64,000 nucleotides of DNA. Source: Klebsormidium nitens (lineage: Eukaryota > Plantae > Klebsormidiophyceae). The stretch lies in contig DF237102.1 of the NCBI GenBank assembly GCA_000708835.1, forward strand, positions 62,001 to 126,000. The letters run 5' to 3'. Below the pieces are notes generated by a model that ran no database searches, was not told the origin of the DNA, and saw nothing but the letters and a program-made list of their open reading frames with translations. Below, one piece after another: positions 21,285-33,131 of this stretch (its first letter is position 1; the number at the start of each line of letters is the position of its first letter). The position numbers and the translations under genes were made by a program.

Positions 21285-24200
21285 TTATAAGTCGCTGTGG
21301 GGCCTGAAACGCTGGACGACGTTTTCAAGCATAGACTGTGCAAGCAGGAAATCCTCTCGTAGGCGAACGTTGTAATCGTACAAATCCTGCATCCAGAAGC
21401 AGCTTTCCTTTCAGCAGATAATCAAGTTGAAGTGCTGGCGACCGGGATATGAGAAGTCAAACCAATCCAACTGTATAAGGTCATTCACTGTGAATCCAAA
21501 GGATAGGTAGAAGGGCGGCTGGTGCAGCAACTCGAGATCCTCCGCTGACCTTACAAGCAAAGCGAAGAAAGCGCCGTGGGTTTGACAATCCGTTGTTGCA
21601 GACCTAGCATACGCTCCGTAAGGGATAACGATAAGCGAGTGGAAAGAAACTCAAGAGATATCAACAAGTGTTGGCTCCTGCAACCCTTCTTCGTCATCGG
21701 CTCCAAGCAAAAGACAAGGCTCCCTTGCAGGCGCTCATGCATTGCAAACACGGTGGGCTCGTTCAACCAGAGCAAAACAGTCGTCGCGCTGTCGGCCCTA
21801 AACAAAGCCTGCCTTTGCTTCTGACGAGTTGCAGTTCCTTGTAAGGAGCAAGGATGAGCTCTCACTTGCAGGTGATTATACATCGCAAAAACGTCAGGCT
21901 CGATCTCATCGGACCCATTCACATCGTCCTCTTGCCCCTCGGGAGCGTTCGGAACGGGCGGAAGGGGGCAGCTGTGTCCCAGCCACGACGGCCGCTTCAG
22001 ACGCCGGACGACTAGGCCCTGCAAGAGATAGCGTATGGCAGCAAATGAGGGCGGATAGGAACGTACGAAGGCGTTTGGGGTGGCGAAGCGTACGGAACCG
22101 TGTCAGGGTTGCAACGACTGGGTCAGCTAAGAGCTCTAAAGGCTACACTTTGCGGGTGCTGTTGTTTGCCCATTCCTTGCGCCAGCTCGCCTGCCTTCAC
22201 TTCTGTTGAAAACTTAGAGACGTCCTTCAGCACCTTTTGTTTAGGTACCCTCCGGGCCATCGACATCAGAAAAGACGCGACTATGCCCCAGCAACTCGTA
22301 AAAAATTTCAGGAGCGAGACGGAGGGTCGGACACGAATCGAAACTCCACGAGCGATGATCCGTCGCAAGCAACCAGCAAAGGCAACTGGCCGAAGAAGCT
22401 TCGGACCTCGAGACTGCTTTGCGACCGTGCTTTACAAAGCGCGGACGAGGATCAAAAGCTAAGAACGCATACCGTATGTTGCACCATCCCGCGATACCGC
22501 AGCTTTTTCCGCTTCTTCCGCATCATACGCTCGTGCACTTCCTCTTCGGACGGCTTCTGGCTGTCCGATGGACCGAACCCAGGAATGTGCAAGTGCGTGA
22601 GGTTCCTGAGAGGAGAGGGAAGAAAGATATGGGATGGCCTTGGCTGTCGAAGTACGAGCAGGGGCGGAAAAGCAGAACACGAACTTCGAGAAATTTATCC
22701 CTTCTGCCTAATTGGAAAGCCGGAGTGGCCGATGCCGATAATCTAGGGGTAGATTTGGTTCACCAAACGACACACGTCGAGAAGTAGTCCACTGCCGTTT
22801 GATAAGCAGAACAAGAACATGCAAATGTGTGGCGCTCCGAGGAAGCATCTCGAACCAACGTGTAAGAAAAGGACTTGGCCGAAGTATTGGAGATTGAACA
22901 AAGCAACCGATCTTCTGATGGCTTTTGATATATGTTGAGAACTGAACTTCCTTTCAGCGAGCCTTGTGGCCGTCCGATCCCAAGATCCGGAATGTTCAAG
23001 AATACATTCAGTACACTTGAGCACTAGACCATGAAAAAGAGTAAAGTGGTGTTCGAAAGAAAAGCTTGACTGTAAACCAAAGGGACTGGCGCATTGTGGA
23101 GGCCCGTTGGCAGTCAATTGCCTGTGGGACATGGAACTGTGGTTGGTGCTTCCACCACGCTCCGTGCAGGATTCTATGCCTCTCAGGTAAGTATCAAAAA
23201 TATGGAGCGGGCCCGATGATGAGCAGAAAATTAAAACACCGACGAGCAGAAAATCAAAACCCTGAAAACGGAGGCTCGCTTGGATTCTGCTCACCCTGGG
23301 ATGACTTTACTCAGGCCCCGCCCAATGTTCGACAGCATCTCTGAGGCGCGCCGGTGATCAACAGAAAACCCTGTATATGGTAAAAATAGCAAAACGAGGT
23401 GCTCGCTAGCGTTCTGCTCACCCTGGGATGACTTTACTCAGGCCCCGCCCAATGTTTGCGAGGAGCGCTACGCCCGAGCCGCTCGAGCTGCGGCGGTGAT
23501 GCCCGGGCTCGCTGGGGGGGGTGGTGCTTGCGGAGGCCGGCTCGCTGCGTGCGAGCGACATCTCGCTGTCGTTGCGAATGACGTCGATGGGCTTTGGCCG
23601 CTGCAATAGTGCGTGATACTCGAAAAATAAGAATCCGCTTCAAACATATTAAGAGAGTTAAGAAAACGGATTTGAAGACAGACGCGTCGAACAGATGATT
23701 CTTGCAGAACCCAGCTCGCTGCATTGAATCGTTATTCGAATCTGGCCGAAAGACGATCTCGATGATGGACGGGGAGTTGACCTACTACGAATAAATCAAC
23801 GTTTAGAAAGCACCGCGTTTCACCAGTAGGAAGACACCATTCCATCAGATATCCCTGAACACATTTAAAATCCAGAAAGGCGATGACCATGACCTGAACT
23901 CCTATCCAACCCAGCGGAAACAATAACGAACTCTCTGGTGAGGACGAAATCGGCCGATTTGGAAGCACTCCTCGAAAAGAACTGGATGAGACTGCTGACG
24001 TCACCTTCTTGGATCGCCGCCTGCTGCTGATGTCAGCGCCCCCCCTGGGCGAATGCGGCGGCCGGGTGCTGCCCGGGGTCGGCGGCAGGGGCGGTGTAAG
24101 CGTCCTCGGAGGGGGCGACACGTGGATGCGTTTCGATGGGGGGGATCCCCCTGCCGGTGACGCCATATCCCGCCCCCTCCCGTTGAAAGAAACGCTTTCA

Positions 24201-27200
24201 CTGGCTGCTTGTTTCCACCCGTCCTCGCTGGCGCTTGTCTGCGCGCTCCCGAACCCGTTGAACAGGGGGCACGAATCCGAGCGGCAACCTACCCCCCCGC
24301 CGTGGGGAGACGCCAACTCGCCGGAGAAGGGGGCCCGATAGAGCGGCGACGACCCCCCCCGGAGGCGGGAACTTTCTTGGGGGTCGGAGTTTTCACCGCT
24401 TCCGGGGGGACTGTCGGGGGGTGAAGGCGCACCCCCCCGGAGGCGGGCAGGTGGGCGAAAAGGTTCGGTGGGGTCTCCTGTGAGGGTATCATCTCGCAGG
24501 TTGCTGCGGGACTCAAGGAGATAGTCGTGGGGCCGGCCGTTCCTTCCGCTCTGGGTTCCAACGGTCGTTCCGTGGGGCGGAATGTGTTGAGCGAGGGAGA
24601 AGTCCGGCAGAGGCCCCGTGGCTGTATGGAAGCAACGTGAAGAAGATGAGGGAAGGGAAATAAACCTAGGGTTCTCGATTGCGACATTCAGGAGTTCTGC
24701 GGATTTTTGAGCTAGAAGGACCAGCAAAGGCGACGTGGATGAAGGCGCAAAATGAGAGGAGGAATAAGTGAGGCAAAGCTTCGATCAGCACCCTAGAGGT
24801 TCAGGGTTTGAGTATTTGTAAGGTACAAACTTCAATCCGAAGTCTTGAGTATGCGTGCCTGGGACAAGACAAGCAGATGCGCTGTCGCTGCACGGAAAAA
24901 CCCGAAACGAAAAGGCGCTTACTGACGCTCGATTGAGCAGCAGTCAAAATGTTGCCTGAATATATCGAAGAAACGCCTTTAGCTCAATCCAATTCTTTTG
25001 AGTTAGTTGCGAAGGTTTTCAATCCTAGAAACTGTTGTGCCAGTTCGAGTGACGTCATGCTCGGCAAATGCAGAGTGTCCTCGGTTACCGGCTGACAAGC
25101 TGTCAATACGAGCAGGGTTTGCATTCTGCCCTAATACTCGACCTTCCAACTTAAAAGAGCAATCCTTGGACCAAACACAACAATAAAAGCGGCAAACTTA
25201 ACAACAGGGCTTCACAGTCCGCAATCATCTATTGTGACCGTTCTTTGTGAAGTTTACTCACTTCTTTGTCGACGTATGCTGCCCCCCGGAAGACTGGCAG
25301 CCCGCATCAGCATCGGTGGCCCTTCCCCGGCTTCTCCGTTGGCACGGAAGTCGGTAAAAATTCCCGGGAATGGTGCGCGAGAGGGGTTGAGGTTGCGCGA
25401 CCCGGGGTGTGGATTGACGACGCCGTCGCTGAGAAAGTTGTCGTTTTCGGCGATGTCCTTTATCCGCTCTTCGTCCGTTTTCTGCGAAGAAGGTGGCTGA
25501 AAATGAAATCCGGCTGGACATTACCTGCGGCTGATTAACTAGTATTGCAGGTCTTCTTGGACCGGGCTGTTTGAACAACTTGTTTGTTTATACATTTTGA
25601 GCGCGAAGCGCTGTCAACGGTGTAAGCCGACCTAAACGCAAGCAGTGCATTGTCATAGATACCAGGACTGGTACAGGTTTGACATTCAAAGAGGCAGCCA
25701 ACTTCGACAAGATAAGCAGTGACTGGAGAACCAGAGGTACAAGGCATCTGATAGCACGCGATGAACCACGCAAATATGGCTCCAAATCAGAGAACTTTTG
25801 CGAGCAATCATGCCAGCTTTCGTTTCAAGGCAGTGAGTACTCCAATTTCCAACCATTACTCCGAACTTGCCTCTGACGACAGATGGATGTTGACAGCGTC
25901 GGAATAGGTACACGAGAAGGAGGGGGCGCTTAACACGCTTCGAGGCCCTTTTGCACACGTGGTACTACTGCATTTGGTGCAGATCGACGGCTGTTGATCT
26001 TCTGTTGATCCTTCGTATGTCAAAACGTGCTCAAGACCCTGTAGGACCCAGCTGATTCTTCCCACTTACCACGTCAGCAAGCTTGGACAGCGTCTGCTTC
26101 AGCTTCTCCCCAAAACCTGACCCGTCCGAGGCGCCACGTGGCGCCTCCCCGGCGCCGCCACGTGGTGACGCGTCGTCTCCCAGATCCAAGACAACCTCGC
26201 CGGGCCGCCGCCCGGGTTTTCGGCGCGTACCGAAGCGTGAGTACTTGACGAACAAGCGGACCTTGTCCCACCGGAGGCGCGCGATGCGGGTGCACTCGAG
26301 GCTGTTGAGCCGCTTGTCGTCGTAGCGCAGCCGCTTGATGCGCTTCTCGAACTGCCAGCGCGAGACTAAGGGTGTGAGGGAATAAGGGTGGAGAGGCTGG
26401 GGCTAGAGTCATTGACAGCCGGAAAATGAGGCGTGAGGGCTTTGGTTAGTCCAGGCGGGTTCGGATTGATACGTGTGTTGGAAAGAGACGGCGACGATTG
26501 AACCGCTTTATCACATTTTGAGCCCCCTTATACGACGGAACGAGATTACGAAAGGGAACCACTGTCTTCCAAGATAGGAAAGGTCCAGGAAAGGATCGAT
26601 GTAGCCCCCACGATCGATGTCCTTTTCGCATACCGTATGTGAAGCCGAGTGGGGACGCTTTAGAGGACAGGATGAGTAAACCCGCCTATATTGCCCAACT
26701 CTCAGTGAAAGCTCAGAAAGCATACCCACGTTTTGGTCGATAGCCAGAAAGGAATCATCCTGCCGCCTAGCTTGTTTGTATTCAATTGGTTTTTCTGTGG
26801 TACATACCTGGATTGCGTTCAAAACCTGGGTCGAAAACAAGTGCCGGGTGAGGCGTCACTCACTTGCATTAGAATGAAGTAGAACAGCCAATAGCTGATA
26901 GTGTACAGGCCGCCAGCCTTGGCAAGGAATGTCACTGCAGAAGCAAACGAACGGGACTGTTATCGTCAAATATGCTGGCATGTATGTGGAGAGAAGAAAC
27001 TTTAAACGCCAATTAAAGCTCGACGACCTGGTAATCATGAAGAGGGCCGCCGATGCAACTAGACCGTCAGCAATGCGTCAGCAAGAGATCGGGACTGCCC
27101 ATGCGCAGAGAGCGTCAAGAAGTGCCCGCCTCTGCGTTCCTAACCTTAGTGTCGTTCCGCACTTCCAAAGCACAAAAATTTGCATCGATGAAAATGTCGT

Positions 27201-30200
27201 TCCGCGTTTTCAAAGCACAAAATCTGCACCGTTGAGAACGACACTTCGAAAATAATACTCAAAAGACTTGCACCTTCAGTAATGCACCTTCAAAATTCAG
27301 GAGTTGGCAGTTCATCAAACGGCCGTCTGTACTGGATTGGTGCTCCCATATGCCCTCGAGCGGAGCCGTGGTGCTTCCTCACGCCCTTGATACTTCAAAG
27401 CCGGTGAATAGGGTGAACGGACATCGGCCACATTCCAAGAGGCAACCAACACTCGAATTGTGCCTGAAGATGCTGGGACCAGTCATCCTATAGAAAGACC
27501 TGATGCATTTCCAGAAGCTATTGATGCTTGACCTCTCTGACACCACAACGAAGGACCTGGCCATTCCCGGCAGCAGCGGGCTTGGTAACTCTATTCTGAG
27601 GTTCCTCCAAATAATGCAAAATCGCGGCCCCGCTCCGCAGATGCTCTCCAGACATAATCTCGTGGACCGAGAAGTCTCTCCAAACAGATTACTTTCAAAC
27701 TTACATACGCCGTTTGTGCTCTGCGTCTCGGTTATCAACACGAACGACCCCGCGAGCTCCAGCAGCAACGCGACGCGCACGCCCGTCGGAGCGGCCAGCA
27801 GGGGCTGCAACGTGGCGTTGTCGGTCGCGAAAGTGCCTGCCGTGTACTGGCGGAACTGGGTGTCGAGGAGCAGCAACTCGGGATCGAACTGCAGATTGTG
27901 AAAGTCTAAGAGGTTTGGGAAAATGTTCAATGGAGGCATGTAGGAGGTGAAGAGACGGCAAAAAACACACCATTGCCCGGTCGCGGAAGTGTCCGCCGTG
28001 TACTGGCGGAACTGGGTGTCGAAGAGCAGCAACTCGGGATCGAACTGCATTTGTACAAGTCTTATCTTAGAGACTTCAACGACGCATAAGGAAAGAGTTC
28101 AAAAAGTAAAAGTATGCCGTTGTCCGTGGCGAAAGTCTCGCCCTGTACTGGCAGAACTGGGTCTTGAGAAACAGGGGTTTCGAGAGACTCCGAGAAGTAG
28201 GGGGTTGAAGCCCTGAGAAATAGGGGTTTGAAAGCAGGTGGTTGAGGAAAGCTTGTACCGACCAGTAAGAAGAAAACAGATACCGTAATCCGTGGTGAAA
28301 GTTCCCGGCGTGCGGTGGCGGAACTAGTGTCGAAAAGTAGCACCTCGGGTTCGAACTGCAAGGGTCAATTAACGAAAGACAAACCAGGATTATGGAAAGC
28401 TTCTACCGGTTGAAAAGTAGGTAAAACAAGAAAAGAAGCGTTGTCCGCGGCGAGCAGTCCTGCGGTCACACGGACGTGGGTGTCAAGGAGCAGGCACTGG
28501 CAACTCAGGCTCAAACGTGTGCAGTAAACAAAATTCTGAGGTACATCGCCGTTCAGGGTTACTATATTCTTTGAAAGTGAGCGCTAAGCACGTGCTCATT
28601 TCAGTTTGGACGGAAGAAAGAAAATGGGCCCAGTACCTCGGCAACGTCAACGACCGGTTGCTGCTCTTAGCAGATGTTTTTCACGTACTACCTGTACTGC
28701 CTCTTGAAAATTGTCACAAGACGTACCAACAGCGCCAACCGAACCATTACACGAAAAGCAGCGTCTTGAAACCGAACGGACAAATAGAGAACAATGGCAT
28801 GACTTATGATGCTTCCTGGGAAGTCAAAAAATTGTCCCCTTGCAGAAGTTGTCGAATTTGCCTTGCAAGATCCCATTTTTCCCTTTGTTTTCTTGGGCGC
28901 CCTCTTGGATCGCCGTCAGCCTTGACTGCCGAGTCTCCTGGGAGAGCGGAATGCCTACGGATTAAGTCAAGCCATTGAAAAGATACCTTTCGTGAGGAGC
29001 ATTCGAGCTCTCTCTCGTCCCGCCCCTTAAAACGAGAATGAAATGCAAGGGTCAAGCACGATCAAGCGTTACCTGTCGGAAGATCCTCGGATAGAAGCTG
29101 AACGACAGCACGGTGGGCAGCTCCCCCCGCAACGTCGCCATCGGCGCGTATGTTCCGTTCGACGCGCCCGCGATTTTTCCGCTTACGCAACTCTTGTACT
29201 CGCGCGACTTGTGGACCGCACACGCGTCGTATGCCCAGCCGAGCGCGTACGCCTGGGTACCGTTCTGCAGAACATGAGGTAGATCGGTGACGTCATAAGT
29301 TCAGAACTACGTCATTTTGGTAATACTCAAGAATTAGGGGCGATTTGGATTCGAAAAGCTCTCGTTTCATTCTAGTGGATGTGTGAATGCTGGTACGTGA
29401 TCCAGGTTTCGACGTTAAAATGGAAGATCGAGAGGTCCACTCGAGCACAGCAGACCCAAAGGACTGGCTTGCGTTCATGCTATTTCGTCGGTGTTTGTTA
29501 TCCCTTCTCAACATTGACGAATCCTGTAAAAGCTGCTGAAGCAGCCAAACTTTGTCAGACACTACTAAGAAACAAGCCACATGTGCTGGGTGCAGGATAC
29601 GTTCATCAGTCACGTCGTTCGCTTGAACCGGTCGAGAAGGCCTTTCTGGTTTTGAACCGATGCGGCCTAGGGCAAATGAAAGGCAGCCGCGACCAGAGAG
29701 AGCGCATCTGGAAGCCAGCTTACGATGTCCGCAAACTCCGACTGAATGAGGTAGTTTTCCCGTCCGGCTGTGCAGTTCGGACACGTCACCCGGAGAGTGA
29801 CGCCGTCCGGATTGTTGACACAGGTATACGCTGCAGAAAGAAAGCTCGAATCGGTATCAATTTCTCGGCGACAAATTCTGTGCACGCATTACAGAGACAA
29901 ACGACAGCGACCAGAATTTCACAAGTGCCTCGTAACAGGAGACAGTGTACCATAAGACCGGTGGAGACCTTTGGTCCTCAAACTTTGAGCCGACAAATGT
30001 AACAAAAGCATGCGAACGACGGAGGAAATCCGACTCATTTTAGCACTGGTCAGACGAAACGGCTGTCATAGGTTCTAGCAGATTGCTGCACACTTCTAAC
30101 ATTTCATATTGTTGGGTTCTCCGCTGTGACATCATATCTCCAGGGGCCGGAGCACTAACTCGGAATCCCGTTGCATGTTCAGGACCGAGTAAGAGATTGG

Positions 30201-32269
30201 TTATTTGAACATCAGATATGCGCTGGCCCTGTTCGGTGGGTACGAAACATGGTAGAAGAAAATTCCGACTTCGAAGCTGCAGATGAAACGTCAAAAACGA
30301 GTCTTTGAGAGCTCACAGTCGCCCGCCGCAATCGCCGACACGGTGCGCACCTCCTCCTGGATCTCCCCGGTCGTGACGGTCGGTTGTTGCAGCATCTCGC
30401 ACCGTAGGCTGCCGTAGCCAGTCAGGTTAAAGAGCAGGTCGTTCTCGAAACCCTGGATAACCTGGTGGGAGGCGATCATGACGCTCTCCACGGTATACTG
30501 CTTTTGGGTCTCCAGGTCCCAAATCAACCTGGAAACAGCACGTCCCTTAAGTAAGTATCTATGTTGATTTACGGCTACGTAGAGTTGGGCCAGTGCCTGG
30601 AAGACGGGTGGGGTTGGTTCGAGGGCTTAAGGAGGGTACACGTGCGGAGCTAAGGAGGGTACACCTGCGGAGTATATTAAGGAGGGTACACCGGCGGAGT
30701 ATGTTAACTCTGCCTCTTAGTTATCAAATTGTGTGGGGTACTGATGTGAGATCTGGACATAGGCCAAAGCTTAGTCAAAACTATTGGTCCGTCAGATTCG
30801 ACGCAAGCAGGTGTTTAACTGGGTGTTACCCCTCTGTTCAGGGCCCTGGTTGCTACCGACCGTCACGCGTGAGCGCAATTCACTTCCGCTTCCGGATCGC
30901 TGTACAACATGGAACTGCAAGGTCAGATTCGAGGATCCATCTTGTTGGCAAAGCCTGTGGAAGGTGCCGACGGTCAATGTAACGAGGTCATCCTGGGGTT
31001 AGTGTAGTGAGGGAAACGATGAAATGGAGGGGTCGATTGCAAAACTGCTGGCAAGTCGACCGAAACTTTCAGATTCTTCGATTGAACCGCCACAGCAGAC
31101 GTTCGCGAGCCAGCCAAGATGAGAGACAATAAGAAGAATGTGCGACCCTGAGGCTCTTAGGTAAGACCTTGCTAGATGATGCTTTCATAGCAGTGGCTTC
31201 TTACCCAACGATTGCGCCAAGAAAGAAGAGAAGGCTGGCCAAGGATAAAGCCCCTCCCATTTCGGTCCTCCTCTTGACCTGCAAGACAGCCATGAGAAGC
31301 AACTGACAAATTGCGGACATGAAAAAGGATGAGCATCGGCCTGGTTTGATACACACAGCGCAGACAAATGACGATCCCAAAAGACAAATAATGGAAAGTG
31401 GTGGCGGCCATGGAATGGTGTGATCTATCCATACCGTTTCAAGTCCGTTCCTGTTGTTGATCAAGATACTTAGTCTTTGTATACGCATCTTCATTTGTAT
31501 ATAGCGTGAACATTCTTGCCAAGCGGTAGCATTTCGAATGTACTGCCATCTCATGTTCCCTAGAATCTAGTAATGATCTCTAGACAGGAGCAAGAGCGAA
31601 ATCGGAGACCTTACCAATACTTTCTGCTCGTCGAACCAGTGCTGCTTCGAGAAGATGACATCACACCGGCTGATCTTGTAGCGGAGGCGGAACCAGTTCC
31701 CTTCCAAGGGGGCAAAGCGCAGGCCCAGGCAGAAGAGGAACCACACCCCCACGAGGATGATGGTAATCTCAAAGGAGATGAGCTGCAGCAGGAGTAAAAG
31801 ATTAGATCCAAGGTCAAACGCAAGCCTTTGAGACTGTCACATCTGCAGGGGACCCGTGCACCCTTACCTATAGTTGGTCCTCTTGTTCAGCAACGTTGGC
31901 TCTACTCTCTAGAATTGGCAAGGCTGCAGTTCATCCTGACAATTGATTGCATTATCAAGCCTTTGAAGTGCAGAAACGCAGGTTCAAGTGAAGTGTAAAG
32001 CACAGCCAGAGAGATAGAGACACGGCCAGGAAAGAGACGAAGCCCAAACAAGTGACACAACATCGGTTCACCTGAGCATGGTTGTTAGTCCAGGATGCTG
32101 CAGTTGGCAGAGGGGGAATGAAGTCAGCCTGACTAATCTCTGGTCTTTGAGTTGGCCCGTCCATGTAAGCTCGGCAGGAAGCGTTTACTAGATACTGCCC
32201 CACCGGACAGGCACAGGTGCCGGCTGTGCTGACGAAAGCACCAGCGTTGACAGGACAAAGCGAGGCCAT
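21285..32269 (-). CDS. Plant-type uncharacterised multi-pass membrane protein (resembles the family of Arabidopsis AT5G16520, from memory), 15 exons, ~966 aa
   Basis: Exons 32269-32072, 31782-31621, 31278-31205, 30528-30317, 29830-29724, 29264-29073, 27888-27705, 26934-26864, 26351-26070, 25496-25262, 24621-24005, 23600-23422, 22605-22473, 22018-21866 and 21386-21285 total 2901 nt, and all junctions are in phase. Recognised blocks: N-terminal CPxN...CACPxG, WFRLRYKISRCDVIFSKQHWFDEQKVKRRTEMGGALS, AGGLYTISYWLFYFILMQFEKRIKRLR...WDKVR, and C-terminal LYDYNVRLRE. Confidence 0.85.
23285..23456 (+). repeat. 45-bp exact direct repeat covering an exon 3' end and its donor site
   Basis: ttctgctcaccctgggatgactttactcaggccccgcccaatgtt occurs at 23285-23329 and 23412-23456, 127 bp apart. 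Confidence 0.95.
27150..27230 (+). repeat. Two-copy ~47-bp intronic tandem repeat
   Basis: tgtcgttccgcacttccaaagcacaaaaatttgca followed by tgtcgttccgcgttttcaaagcacaaaatctgca. Confidence 0.8.
27975..28515 (-). repeat. Degenerate upstream copies of the acceptor and 5' end of the exon at 27888
   Basis: tgcag|ttcgatcccgagttgctgct..cgacacccagttccgccagtacacggc recurs at 28044 (near-identical) and at 28355 (tgcag|ttcgaacccgaggtgctacttttcgacac). Weaker fragments lie near 28130-28165 and 28445-28515. Confidence 0.85.
30592..30700 (-). repeat. C-rich dispersed repeat copy with an internal triplication
   Basis: The minus strand reads ccgcacgtgtaccctccttaagccctcgaaccaaccccacccgtcttccagg. The plus strand has taaggagggtacac(g/c)(t/g)gcggag three times. 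Confidence 0.75.
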
Positions 32270-33131
32270 TCTACTTTGAGCAACTCAGCGCCTGACACTT
32301 TGTCTGTTGTGGAAAACCAACCCTTTTATACTCAAAAGATGAGTGCTGTACTCGAGCAAGCGTGCGGACAGAGAATCTATCAGAGAACTGCAACGATCAA
32401 GTGTAGTCTGGTCGGCCAGTTTTCTGATCGCTGCAAGTGCTTTCGCTCCTTTCTAGCTATGGTGGTGGTATGTCTGCTGAAAGAGTTCTACAAGCATCTT
32501 AATGTTCTGTGGCTTCGGTTTTAGGGGTCCATTGTTTATCACTAGCGTCGTTGCACCACATTGGAATGAGGACTGGTAGAAAGGATTTTGGGCCAATGCT
32601 GCAGACTCTCAGCATTCTAGGGCTTCAGTTGTAAACAAGCTTGGCTGATCCAAAGCCTTTCTTTCTGTAATCCGATCTGACCAACTCTTTCCGAGAAATC
32701 AATAATTGCACGGAACCGGGTTCTTGCCAGGCAAGATAGAGTCCTAATCCGGACTCATCACTCAAGAACGTGTGGCGGCTTTTCCTTAGCTGCATCATTT
32801 TGCTCTCAAGAAGGCACATCACGACTTCAAGCACCATCCACCTGCCTATACGAAGAAGCTTTTCTTCTCTTGCATGCGCCACCCCTAAGGCTAAGCCCAG
32901 GGCCCCAAATGATGAGGCGTCCTGAGGCTGTAGTGTTCCAAACAGTGCAAAGCTTTTGAGCTCACGTTTCATGTAGATTAGGTAAGGTGCTGTAGCCGAT
33001 GACGTGGCCCCATTTGTGCAATAGAGGCCGTTCGAGTTCTCAAGAAGCTCCACAGTACCGTCGATCTGTGTCGATCCCCCAGCAGACTCACGAGCCTATC
33101 ATCTTCATACTCGTGCTGCAGAAAGGCAGCA

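Noticed and set aside
23732-24004. IGVQVMVIAFLDFKCVQGYLMEWCLP, which resembles a uDENN start
   Set aside because: It is read-through into the intron after the donor at 24004. No further DENN sequence follows, and the spliced gene continues in phase at 23600.
24289-24687. Alternative frame ETPPNLFAHL... as a terminal exon
   Set aside because: The preceding exon ends in phase 1 (25262), which selects the RLRGG frame. That frame links on to the conserved C-terminal exons.
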